Part shown: positions 48,402 through 56,242 of the stretch, piece by piece
Layout of the letters: each line of letters opens with the position of its first letter
Numbering within the stretch: the first letter of the stretch is position 1
Assembly (NCBI GenBank): GCA_000997385.1
Contig: LCBT01000002.1
Location: 119,424-183,423 of the forward strand
Length of the DNA: 64,000 nucleotides
Source: Candidatus Daviesbacteria bacterium GW2011_GWA1_41_61
GTDB taxonomy: Bacteria; Patescibacteriota; Microgenomatia; Daviesbacterales; UBA10151
Direction: 5' to 3'
Notes under the pieces: model-generated
Told to the model about the DNA's origin: nothing
Seen by the model: only the letters and a program-made list of their open reading frames with translations
Databases searched by the model: none
Translations under genes and position numbers: made by a program

Positions 48402-50327
48402 ATGTCAAAGATTGTTGGTATAGATTTAGGAACAACAAATAGTGTGGTGGCTGTCATGGAGGCTGGAAAGCCCAAGGTGATCCACTCAGCAGAAGGGGAA
48501 AATGTCATCCCCTCAGTGGTCAACCCCACTAAAAATATCGTCGGCAGAGTAGCCAAACGCCAGGCAGTGGTTAATCCTAAAGAAACAATTTTTTCTATCA
48601 AGAGATTGATGGGACGAAAGTTTGCTGACCCCGAGGTACAACGGGACTTAAAGTGGCTTCCTTATACCATCAAAGAGGGTAAAAATGGTATGGCAGTAGT
48701 GGAGGTGGAGGGTCATGAATATACCCCTCAGGAAATTTCGGCCATGATCTTGCAAAAAATTAAAGCTGATGCGCAGTCTTACTTAGGAGAAAAGGTGACC
48801 GATGCTGTGATTACTGTTCCAGCCTATTTTGATGATGCCCAAAGGCAGGCTACTAAACAGGCTGGGGAGATTGCTGGGTTAAATGTCCAAAGAATTATTA
48901 ATGAACCTACAGCTGCTGCTTTGGCTTATGGCTTGGATAAAGTTCATGCTCATACTATTGTTGTATATGATTTGGGAGGGGGAACTTTTGACATCTCGGT
49001 TTTAGAGCTGGGGGAGGGAGTTTTTGAGGTTAAGTCTACTGCCGGGGATACTCATCTGGGAGGAGATGATTTTGACCAAAAAATTATTGATTACTTAATA
49101 GAAGAGTTCAAAAAAGACCAAGGAGTTGATCTAAAATCTGACAGACAGGCTTTACAAAGACTAAGAGATGCAGCGGAAAAAGCCAAAATTGAACTCTCTT
49201 CTTCCATAGAAGCAGACATTTCTCTACCCTTTATTACTGCTGATGCCTCCGGCCCTAAACATCTGGAGATGAAACTTTCTAGGGCTAAACTGGAATCTTT
49301 AGTAGGTGATTTGATTGAGCAGACTTTTAAATCAGTCAAAGATGCCATAAAGGATGCCAAATTAACAGCCAAAGATATTGATGAAGTGGTCTTGGTGGGT
49401 GGAATGACTCGGATGCCGGCAGTACAAAAGGCAGTTAATGATTTTTTTGGTAAAGAACCTCACAAAGGCCTTAATCCGGATGAAGTTGTGGCCATCGGCG
49501 CTGCCATCCAAGGAGGGGTTTTAGGCGGGGAAGTTAAAGATATTCTGCTTTTGGATGTGACACCGCTGACTTTAGGCATCGAAACTTTGGGCGGTATTAG
49601 GACTGCCTTAATTTCCCGAAATACCACCATTCCTACCTCTAAATCGGAGGTTTTTTCCACCGCTGCTGATAATCAAACTCAGGTGGAGATTAATGTGCTG
49701 CAGGGAGAAAGGGAGATGGCTGCTGATAACAAGTCTTTAGGAAGATTTATCTTGGATGGTCTCCCACCAGCTCCCCGGGGCGTACCGCAAATTGAGGTGA
49801 CTTTTGATATTGATGCCAACGGTATCTTGAATGTCTCCGCTAAAGATAAAGCTACCGGTAAGGAGCAAAAGATTACTATCACCGGCTCCACCGGTTTGTC
49901 TAAAGAAGAAGCTGAAAGGATGGCTCAAGAGGCTGCCGCCCACGCCGAAGAGGACAGAAAGAGAAAAGAGGAGATTGAGGTGAGGAACCAAGGAGATGCT
50001 TTAACTTATACTGCAGAAAGAAGTATTAAAGACGCCGGTGACAAGATGCCGGCTGAAACTAAAGCTGACCTGGAAGGTAAGATCTCCGATCTTAGAGAAA
50101 CTGTCAAATCAGGGACAGCGGAAGAGGTGAAAAGTAAATCAGAAGTTTTGTCCGAGGCTTTATCCAAGTGGGGCCAATCAATGTACGGCCAGCAAACCCA
50201 AGCTACCCAGCAGGAACCGGAGATAAATCCTCAAGAAGAGGTAGAGGCTAAAGAAGAAGATGGTAAAAAAGAAGCAGTAGAAGGGGAGGTGGTAGAAGAC
50301 AAGGGGGAGGATGATGGGGGAAAATAA
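48402..50327 (+). CDS. dnaK: Chaperone DnaK
   Basis: [35 protein letters not shown]. Confidence 0.98.
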   Translation: MSKIVGIDLGTTNSVVAVMEAGKPKVIHSAEGENVIPSVVNPTKNIVGRVAKRQAVVNPKETIFSIKRLMGRKFADPEVQRDLKWLPYTIKEGKNGMAVVEVEGHEYTPQEISAMILQKIKADAQSYLGEKVTDAVITVPAYFDDAQRQATKQAGEIAGLNVQRIINEPTAAALAYGLDKVHAHTIVVYDLGGGTFDISVLELGEGVFEVKSTAGDTHLGGDDFDQKIIDYLIEEFKKDQGVDLKSDRQALQRLRDAAEKAKIELSSSIEADISLPFITADASGPKHLEMKLSRAKLESLVGDLIEQTFKSVKDAIKDAKLTAKDIDEVVLVGGMTRMPAVQKAVNDFFGKEPHKGLNPDEVVAIGAAIQGGVLGGEVKDILLLDVTPLTLGIETLGGIRTALISRNTTIPTSKSEVFSTAADNQTQVEINVLQGEREMAADNKSLGRFILDGLPPAPRGVPQIEVTFDIDANGILNVSAKDKATGKEQKITITGSTGLSKEEAERMAQEAAAHAEEDRKRKEEIEVRNQGDALTYTAERSIKDAGDKMPAETKADLEGKISDLRETVKSGTAEEVKSKSEVLSEALSKWGQSMYGQQTQATQQEPEINPQEEVEAKEEDGKKEAVEGEVVEDKGEDDGGK

Positions 50328-50577
50328 GGTTGAGGAACCATTAATTGATTTAGAAAAACCTGAAGAGTCTATTCAACGTGTTTATGACGAGATTCAGTCT
50401 GCTCGGTTATCTCCTCAAGTAAAGAGGGCTGTAACAACAATAACAGAAGAAGCCAGAGAGTGTATAGAAAGAGTAGCTAGATTAGAAGGTAGAGAGATGG
50501 CAGGATCTTTAGATTCCAAACATCGTCCTACAAATGAAGTTGGACTAGATAAAATTAGGTGGAGAATGGGTTGGTAA
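50311..50577 (+). CDS. Small hypothetical protein coupled to dnaK
   Basis: 88-aa ORF overlapping dnaK stop, GGAGG RBS. Confidence 0.55.
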   Translation: MMGENKVEEPLIDLEKPEESIQRVYDEIQSARLSPQVKRAVTTITEEARECIERVARLEGREMAGSLDSKHRPTNEVGLDKIRWRMGW

Positions 50578-50604
50578 AGAGGTTTGACTGAGAGTTATGA
50601 GTTT

Positions 50605-50629
50605 GGCCTCGGGAGACCGGGGCTTTTTT
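50605..50629 (+). terminator. Rho-independent terminator
   Basis: ggcctcgg-gaga-ccggggct followed by T-run. Confidence 0.75.
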
Positions 50630-50633
50630 GATT

Positions 50634-51191
50634 ATGGATCAAACTTTACACACAGAAAATCTTAAAGGTTTTGAAATCAAGTTCCATACCCTCCCGGGAG
50701 TATTTTCTAAACAGGGGTTAGATGGTGGGACAAAGTTGTTAATTGATTATTTAGAAATCAAAGATGAAACAGTGATGGCTGATTTAGGAGCTGGAGGAGG
50801 AGTCTTGGGCATCGTTCTAGCCAAGTTAAACCCTCATGGTCACGTTCACCTTTTAGAAGATCACTTAAGAGCCAAAGAGTTAGCCCAGGAAAATGTAGAG
50901 CTTAATGGCTTAAAAAACGTGGAAGTTTTTTTAAGTGATCTTTTTTCAGCAGTGGGCAGCAGGAGCTATCATCAGATCTTTTCCAACCCTCCCCAACATT
51001 TAGGTAATGAGTTTTTAGAGTTGATAGCCTTGGAGTGTTATAAACACCTAAAACTAGGCGGACAGCTTTGGTGGGTGATGCAAAAGCACCTTAAGCCATT
51101 TACCCAAAGATTGTTGGAAAGTCACTTCGGAAACTGTAAAATAGTGGCACACGGTAAAGAGCATGTTGTGCTTAAAGCAGATAAAAATTAA
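50634..51191 (+). CDS. Small class I SAM methyltransferase (MTS/RsmC-like)
   Basis: PGVFS..LDGGT.LL, DLGAGGG, SNPP. Confidence 0.85.
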   Translation: MDQTLHTENLKGFEIKFHTLPGVFSKQGLDGGTKLLIDYLEIKDETVMADLGAGGGVLGIVLAKLNPHGHVHLLEDHLRAKELAQENVELNGLKNVEVFLSDLFSAVGSRSYHQIFSNPPQHLGNEFLELIALECYKHLKLGGQLWWVMQKHLKPFTQRLLESHFGNCKIVAHGKEHVVLKADKN

Positions 51192-51194
51192 CTT

Positions 51195-52109
51195 ATGGTT
51201 ACCAAAAGAGATTATTACGATATTTTAGGTGTTCCTAAAACTGCTTCTGAGGCAGAGATTAAGACTGCTTACAGAAGATTGGCAAGGCTTCATCATCCTG
51301 ATGTAGATAAATCAGCTGGGGCAGCAGAGAGGTTTAAAGAGGTTTCTGAAGCTTATCAGGTGTTATCAGATCCTCAAAAGAAAAAAGCTTATGATCAATT
51401 TGGCCATGCTGCTTTTGAGCCAGGAGGGGGTTTTGGAGCTGGAGCCGGTCCTTTTGGTGGATTTAGGACTTACTCTTACTCTACAGGGGGGCAGGGTCCT
51501 AATGTGGAGTTTGACTTTGGAGGTTTTACTGACCCTTTTGATCTTTTTGAACAGATTTTTGGGATGGGGGGATTTGGTGGGCCGTTTGGAGGGGCCGGGG
51601 GAAGAGGTTATAAGATAACTCCTACTTATCAGTTAGAGATAGGATTTGAAGAAGCCGTTCATGGGGCAAGGAAAGAGATTGAGTTTACTGATGAAAGCGG
51701 TAAGACCAAACGTATGTCTATTAAAATTCCCCCGGGGGTAGACAGTGGTACCAGGATGAGGTTTGAGGGGATTGATTTGGTTTTTAGGGTAAGGCGTCAT
51801 CCGGAGTTTTTAAGAGAAGGGGCGGATATCTTTTCGGAGGTTAATTTAACCATTCCCCAAATTGTCTTAGGGGATGTGGCAGAGGTGAAAACTGTCTGGG
51901 GTCCAGTGAAACTAAAAATTCCAGCAGGAACAGAACCCGGATCATTAATCAGGATTAAGGATAAAGGAATGCCAAGGCTGAGAAGCTCTGGCAAGGGAGA
52001 TCATTATGTTAGAGTGAGAGTCTCTATCCCCAAAAGGCTGTCTTCAGAAGAAAAAGAGCTTTATGAGCAACTCTCTAAAGTAAGTGCCAAGAAAAAACCT
52101 TGGTTTTAG
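51195..52109 (+). CDS. dnaJ: DnaJ-family co-chaperone lacking the zinc finger
   Basis: J domain with HPD, G/F-rich region, C-terminal domain; no CxxCxGxG. Confidence 0.85.
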   Translation: MVTKRDYYDILGVPKTASEAEIKTAYRRLARLHHPDVDKSAGAAERFKEVSEAYQVLSDPQKKKAYDQFGHAAFEPGGGFGAGAGPFGGFRTYSYSTGGQGPNVEFDFGGFTDPFDLFEQIFGMGGFGGPFGGAGGRGYKITPTYQLEIGFEEAVHGARKEIEFTDESGKTKRMSIKIPPGVDSGTRMRFEGIDLVFRVRRHPEFLREGADIFSEVNLTIPQIVLGDVAEVKTVWGPVKLKIPAGTEPGSLIRIKDKGMPRLRSSGKGDHYVRVRVSIPKRLSSEEKELYEQLSKVSAKKKPWF

Positions 52110-52372
52110 GTGACTGTAGAGATGAAAGCTTGTATAGCAGCCGTTGCACCTGCGGTTCCTGCTGTGAATGCGCACACCGTAACTAAACGGCTACCCCAAA
52201 AACCTGTACCAGGGGGTAATTTACCTTCTAGAAATGACTCTGGAAAAAGTGTTGTTAGATCCAGAATTCTTTCTAGACTGAATCTTGATCGGCCGTGTGG
52301 TTCACTAAAAGAAGGACCCTTGCTTTGTTCTACCATAGAATAAGGATTGTTATCTTCTACTATTTTTTCCAT
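52106..52372 (-). CDS. Small hypothetical protein
   Basis: 88-aa ORF with C-terminal hydrophobic segment. Confidence 0.4.
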   Translation of the reverse strand: MEKIVEDNNPYSMVEQSKGPSFSEPHGRSRFSLERILDLTTLFPESFLEGKLPPGTGFWGSRLVTVCAFTAGTAGATAAIQAFISTVT

Positions 52373-52443
52373 TTGGCCTTAGTTTACCATAGGATATCTT
52401 ATAAAAACAACCTCTCTTGTAGTGTACTTCCAAGGCGGAATGT

Positions 52444-53001
52444 TTAACGCAGTGTGATGATGGAATAGGATTCAATTAAGGCAGCAATTATTAAAAGTAA
52501 GGCAATAACCAATAGAGCGGAAGTAGATTTTAAAAGGGTTTTGAATCTGTCGCTAAAGCCTCGGCCCGGATGAGAAAGTTTGATGGCTAAAGCTCCAGCT
52601 AAAAGCAAAGCCGGGATTTCAAATACCCCATGAGGTAAAAGCATCTGCAGTATTTTAGGGACTGATAATCCCAATTCAGAAGCTAAAAGAATGACTATCC
52701 CCAAAAGTATGCCATTAAAGAAGATAATAGCTAAAGAAAGATAACGGTGCAGCACACCTAAAGCTACTATGATGAAAGCTGTAGTAAGGTTTTGTTTAAA
52801 TATAGAGAAGGTTAGTTCAAAGTAGTTGCCTGTTTGGGCAGCTTGAAAGATATCCTGATTTGCTTCTAATAAGTTTCTAAAAAACTCCTGGGCATTCATT
52901 TTAGCTACAGAAGCCAGGATTATTCCTAAAACCACCCCCACCCCAAAAACCTGGAAAGAAATTTTTAGCTCTTTGAAAAAATTTGATTTAGTTAAAAACA
53001 T
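52444..53001 (-). CDS. Stage II sporulation protein M (DUF95) family membrane protein
   Basis: IF.QN, FNGILLG, LLPHGVFEIPA, AALIES. Confidence 0.85.
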   Translation of the reverse strand: MFLTKSNFFKELKISFQVFGVGVVLGIILASVAKMNAQEFFRNLLEANQDIFQAAQTGNYFELTFSIFKQNLTTAFIIVALGVLHRYLSLAIIFFNGILLGIVILLASELGLSVPKILQMLLPHGVFEIPALLLAGALAIKLSHPGRGFSDRFKTLLKSTSALLVIALLLIIAALIESYSIITLR

Positions 53002-53061
53002 AAATTTTATTATATCTCCAAATTGATCTTGGTATTGTGAAGTAGCATAATATTTAAAGAT

Positions 53062-53535
53062 ATGCAAAGAGGATTTAGTACTTTAGTCATTATTCTAAGT
53101 TTAGTCCTTTTAGGAGGACTAATTGGTGGAGCTTTTTATTTAGGGAAAATTAATTATAGTAGTCAATCGGTTGTTAATAATTTTGAAGATTGTACCAAAG
53201 CAGGCTATCCGGTAATGGAAAGTTATCCAGCTCAGTGCAGGACTCCTGATGGTAAGGTTTTTATCCAACAACTTTCTGAAGAAGAAAAATCAAAGTTAGT
53301 TCCACCTGTCTCTGATAAATTTTTGGATCAAGAACAAAATAAATTAAGAGTTTGTCCTGAAAGATGGTTTGAATTTTTAAGTCCAATAAAAATAGAAGGG
53401 CCTTATTTTGGACAAAAGGGTCAATTTATAATGATAAAAGCCACTGGTTCTAGTGATTTAATACCTGCAGGGAGATTTGATCTAGAGTGGATAAAGAAAA
53501 ATTGCCCCTCAAAACAAATGGAACCTGTTGGCTGA
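53062..53535 (+). CDS. Pilin-like Cys-rich surface protein
   Basis: MQRGF plus TM; FEDCTKAGYPVMESYPAQCRTPDGK; WIKKNCP. Confidence 0.72.
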   Translation: MQRGFSTLVIILSLVLLGGLIGGAFYLGKINYSSQSVVNNFEDCTKAGYPVMESYPAQCRTPDGKVFIQQLSEEEKSKLVPPVSDKFLDQEQNKLRVCPERWFEFLSPIKIEGPYFGQKGQFIMIKATGSSDLIPAGRFDLEWIKKNCPSKQMEPVG

Positions 53536-53627
53536 ATTATCCCCTTGGGAAACTACAGATTTTTTTCCTTGACTTCGGGTATTATTTGGTATATGGTAAA
53601 AAGAGACTGAAACAAACAGCACAAATT

Positions 53628-53655
53628 TTAATTATGGCGAATTCGCCGTAATTAA
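53628..53655. repeat. 28-bp near-perfect palindrome
   Basis: ttaattatggcgaattcgccgtaattaa (one mismatch). Confidence 0.8.
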
Positions 53656-53679
53656 GATACCCAAGTCTAAATAAAAGAC

Positions 53680-53925
53680 ATGAAAAAAATTATCACCCAA
53701 GGTTTACAAATAGCTGTCATTAAAAATAATGACGAAGAATATATTTCTCTATTCCTCAACAGCCTGCTTATGATTGGAATGCAGTTTCAGCTGCTATTGG
53801 AGGTAATATTCCGGTTAATGTTCCCCAACCGTCACCGGAGGAGAGACCGGTTGAAGAAGGTGTGGTATCTGAAACAGTTGAGCCTGAATGGCTCACCCCC
53901 AAAATCTTCAAAGGCACTTCCTTAG
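53680..53925 (+). pseudogene. Truncated KilA-N-like gene start fused to unrelated sequence
   Basis: MKKIITQGLQIAVIKNNDEEYISL resembles KilA-N N-termini, then similarity stops; the 3' part is open in another frame (PQQPAYDW...). Confidence 0.5.
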
Positions 53926-53926
53926 G

Positions 53927-53955
53927 TTGACAAACGCCCTATAATATGATAAAAT
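53927..53955 (+). promoter_or_regulatory. Sigma70 promoter of the DGR target gene
   Basis: TTGACA-17 bp-TAAAAT with extended TG. Confidence 0.75.
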
Positions 53956-53965
53956 TTCAGAAATT

Positions 53966-54691
53966 ATGATTCAAGCAGAAAGGTTTTTAGCAGAAACAGT
54001 AGCTAGATTGCCTGAAGGTTCTGAAAGGGCAAGATTGGCAGGTTGGCTTCAAGAGGCTAGAGATTATAATGCTAACAAAAAACCTGAAGCTGCTTCAAAA
54101 ATAGACCTTCGTCAACAAACATATGATCTTTTAACTCTTGTTAGAAAACCATCAGAACAAGAGAGGGAAGTTTTAAAAAGAAGAGGTATAGTATTTCTGC
54201 CTTTAGAAACAAAATCATATGCACAAGTTGTTTCAGAAGATCCAGATTATTTTTGGTCGGGTGAAGGTGAATTAGATTATGCAAATATTAGACCAGAACT
54301 TCGAGATTACGCACTACCAGTGGCAGTAGAAGTAGGATTTAACCCAACACAACTAGCTTTACCTGATAGTTTTAGAAAATCCCGACCAGTTCAATTACAA
54401 ATGATTGAGGGTTACTCCCAACAGTTACAAGCTGAATTTCCCGATGCTAGAGTAGTTATGCTTCCATCAACAGGATACGCACAGGGAGACAGAGCTTACA
54501 AGGTAGCAACTGGTGAAGTATTATTTAGAAATTACTTTGCAAGGGCTTTAGATAACCTTTCTGAGGTCGATGCTGCTTATGCGGGTCGTCTTGATCCTTC
54601 GAGGCGATTCTTTGTCCATACTTGGTTTGCTGACGATGGCCTTGACTTTGTTGGGGCTGTTCCCGCGGTAGTGTTTGTTGGTAATAAGTAA
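53966..54691 (+). CDS. DGR target protein with C-terminal variable region (probable CLec-like fold)
   Basis: 3' end matches the TR at 55043-55150 with adenine-specific differences. Confidence 0.88.
   Translation: MIQAERFLAETVARLPEGSERARLAGWLQEARDYNANKKPEAASKIDLRQQTYDLLTLVRKPSEQEREVLKRRGIVFLPLETKSYAQVVSEDPDYFWSGEGELDYANIRPELRDYALPVAVEVGFNPTQLALPDSFRKSRPVQLQMIEGYSQQLQAEFPDARVVMLPSTGYAQGDRAYKVATGEVLFRNYFARALDNLSEVDAAYAGRLDPSRRFFVHTWFADDGLDFVGAVPAVVFVGNK
54565..54672 (+). repeat. DGR variable repeat (VR)
   Basis: 108 bp, ungapped versus TR, 19 mismatches, 18 opposite a TR adenine. Confidence 0.93.
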
Positions 54692-55042
54692 TTGGTCAAT
54701 TGGATCTTTTGGATTTTTGCTTCTTGGTTTCCTCGAAAATTTTTACTACAATACCCTTGGATTTGTAAGCAGGCAGTGAAAGAATGAACTAGAGTTCTTG
54801 TTTTGTTGTAAACAATAACCACACAGCTTGTTCTTCGCCTTCTTCTAGACCTTTTCTAAAGTCAGAGTCTCAACGAAGTTTTTTTGTTGAGAGTGTACTT
54901 CAATTTAAGTGTGCTAGACACTACGAATATCCTTCTTTTGATCCACTAATTGGTGGGATCGGATGAAATACAAGGAAGATTCTGCTATGTAGCTGAAAAT
55001 TTCTGGTGAATTTTTATACGGAAGAATATTCAACTTATCTTT

Positions 55043-55150
55043 GGTCAATGCTGCTTATGCAGGTCGAAATGATCCTTCGAAGCAATTCAATGTCAATGAT
55101 TGGAATGCTGACAATGGCAATGACAATGTTGGGGCTGTTCCCGCGGTAGT
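55043..55150 (+). repeat. DGR template repeat (TR)
   Basis: Eight AAT codons in the VR frame, all substituted in VR; identical GC-rich 3' end. Confidence 0.93.
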
Positions 55151-55224
55151 TTCTAGTTTTAAAAGGTTCAATCTTGTACTGATTTTTGCTTGGTGGATCG
55201 TATCCAACCACCAAGCATCTTACC

Positions 55225-55340
55225 TAGCAGTGATTGAGAAATATATCCAAGATCAGGGGAGAGTTGAGGATCTGAAGCAGCTAAAATTGTTTGAGCTTTG
55301 ACTCTAACACCCTGCGGTCTCTGCCGCAGGGTATTTTACT
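55225..55340 (+). mobile_element. Probable IS200/IS605 remnant: tnpA 3' end plus terminal hairpin
   Basis: VIEKYIQDQG resembles the catalytic YxxxQ helix of Y1 transposases; 9-bp hairpin accctgcgg-tctctg-ccgcagggt at 55309-55332. Confidence 0.6.
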
Positions 55341-55463
55341 ATAATATTGTTCGTCTTTAATATAGAGAATCAGGAAAAATAACAACAATAGTTGTAACGC
55401 CAGGCAACAATTTGAAATAATTCATCTCACTCTTAGCATACATCTTCTGCTATACTTATCTTT

Positions 55464-56087
55464 ATGCATTTTGATCTGGCTTCTTTGATTCAAACAGTTG
55501 GGTATTTGGGAGTATTTACCATAGTTTTTTTAGAATCCGGTCTTTTAATCGGTTTTTTCTTTCCCGGGGACAGTCTTCTGTTTACAGCCGGATTTTTAGC
55601 ATCTCAGGGATTTTTTGACATTAAAATCTTAATTGCCGGTTGCTTTGTGGCCGCGATTGCAGGTGACAGCATTGGCTATCTAATCGGAGCAAAACTGGGA
55701 CCTAAGATTTTTACAAAGACAAGTTCAATCTTCTTTCATAAAAAACACCTGGAAAGGGCTCAAAGCTTTTATGATAAACATGGAGGTAAAACTATCATTT
55801 TGGCAAGGTTTATTCCGGTAATTCGAGCTTTTGCCCCGGTTGTTGCAGGGGCCGGTAAGATGGATTACAAAAGGTTTGTTTTCTTTAATTTTTTTGGAGC
55901 TGTTCTTTGGGCAATTGGGGTAACTCTGGCAGGATATTACTTAGGAAACCTGATCCCGGATGTTGATAAATATCTCCTGCCAATTGTTGGGCTGATCGTT
56001 ATTGCCTCCATATTACCAGCTCTACACCACATCTTAGTTGATGCAGAAATCAGAGCGAGTATTCTTAGGAAGTTAAAAAGAAAGTAG
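55464..56087 (+). CDS. dedA: DedA family membrane protein
   Basis: FLESGL..GFFFPGDSLLF, GDSIGY, ARFIPVIR. Confidence 0.92.
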   Translation: MHFDLASLIQTVGYLGVFTIVFLESGLLIGFFFPGDSLLFTAGFLASQGFFDIKILIAGCFVAAIAGDSIGYLIGAKLGPKIFTKTSSIFFHKKHLERAQSFYDKHGGKTIILARFIPVIRAFAPVVAGAGKMDYKRFVFFNFFGAVLWAIGVTLAGYYLGNLIPDVDKYLLPIVGLIVIASILPALHHILVDAEIRASILRKLKRK

Positions 56088-56092
56088 TCGGT

Positions 56093-56242
56093 TTGCAAAA
56101 ACTTAAGTTTCTGATATACTAAGTATTAGTCTAACATCGCCTTGGGTGATGCGGAGCAATAAGACGGATAGTCAATAGCATGCGTTTTAGAGCCGCGAAA
56201 CATCATCAATTATAACCGGCCAAGACTAGATTGGCTGGTTTT
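56093..56242 (+). promoter_or_regulatory. Promoter and structured 5' leader (candidate attenuator)
   Basis: TTGCAA / TGnTATACT 56115-56120; nested stems; 10-bp hairpin 56214-56240 abutting the ATG. Confidence 0.45.

Noticed and set aside
54692-55042. avd accessory gene between VR and TR
   Set aside because: No intact ORF of suitable length; only a short LVLRLLLDL stretch that may be chance
55041-55301. 86-aa ORF as a real protein or second DGR target
   Set aside because: It is the Asn-rich TR read in the VR frame, joined to spacer and a tnpA-like tail; TTG start with no support
56121-56242. Assignment to yybP-ykoY or fluoride riboswitch
   Set aside because: Only scattered words match (gtcaata, caagac, ggtgatg); the required order and pairing are absent, so it is left as an unclassified candidate
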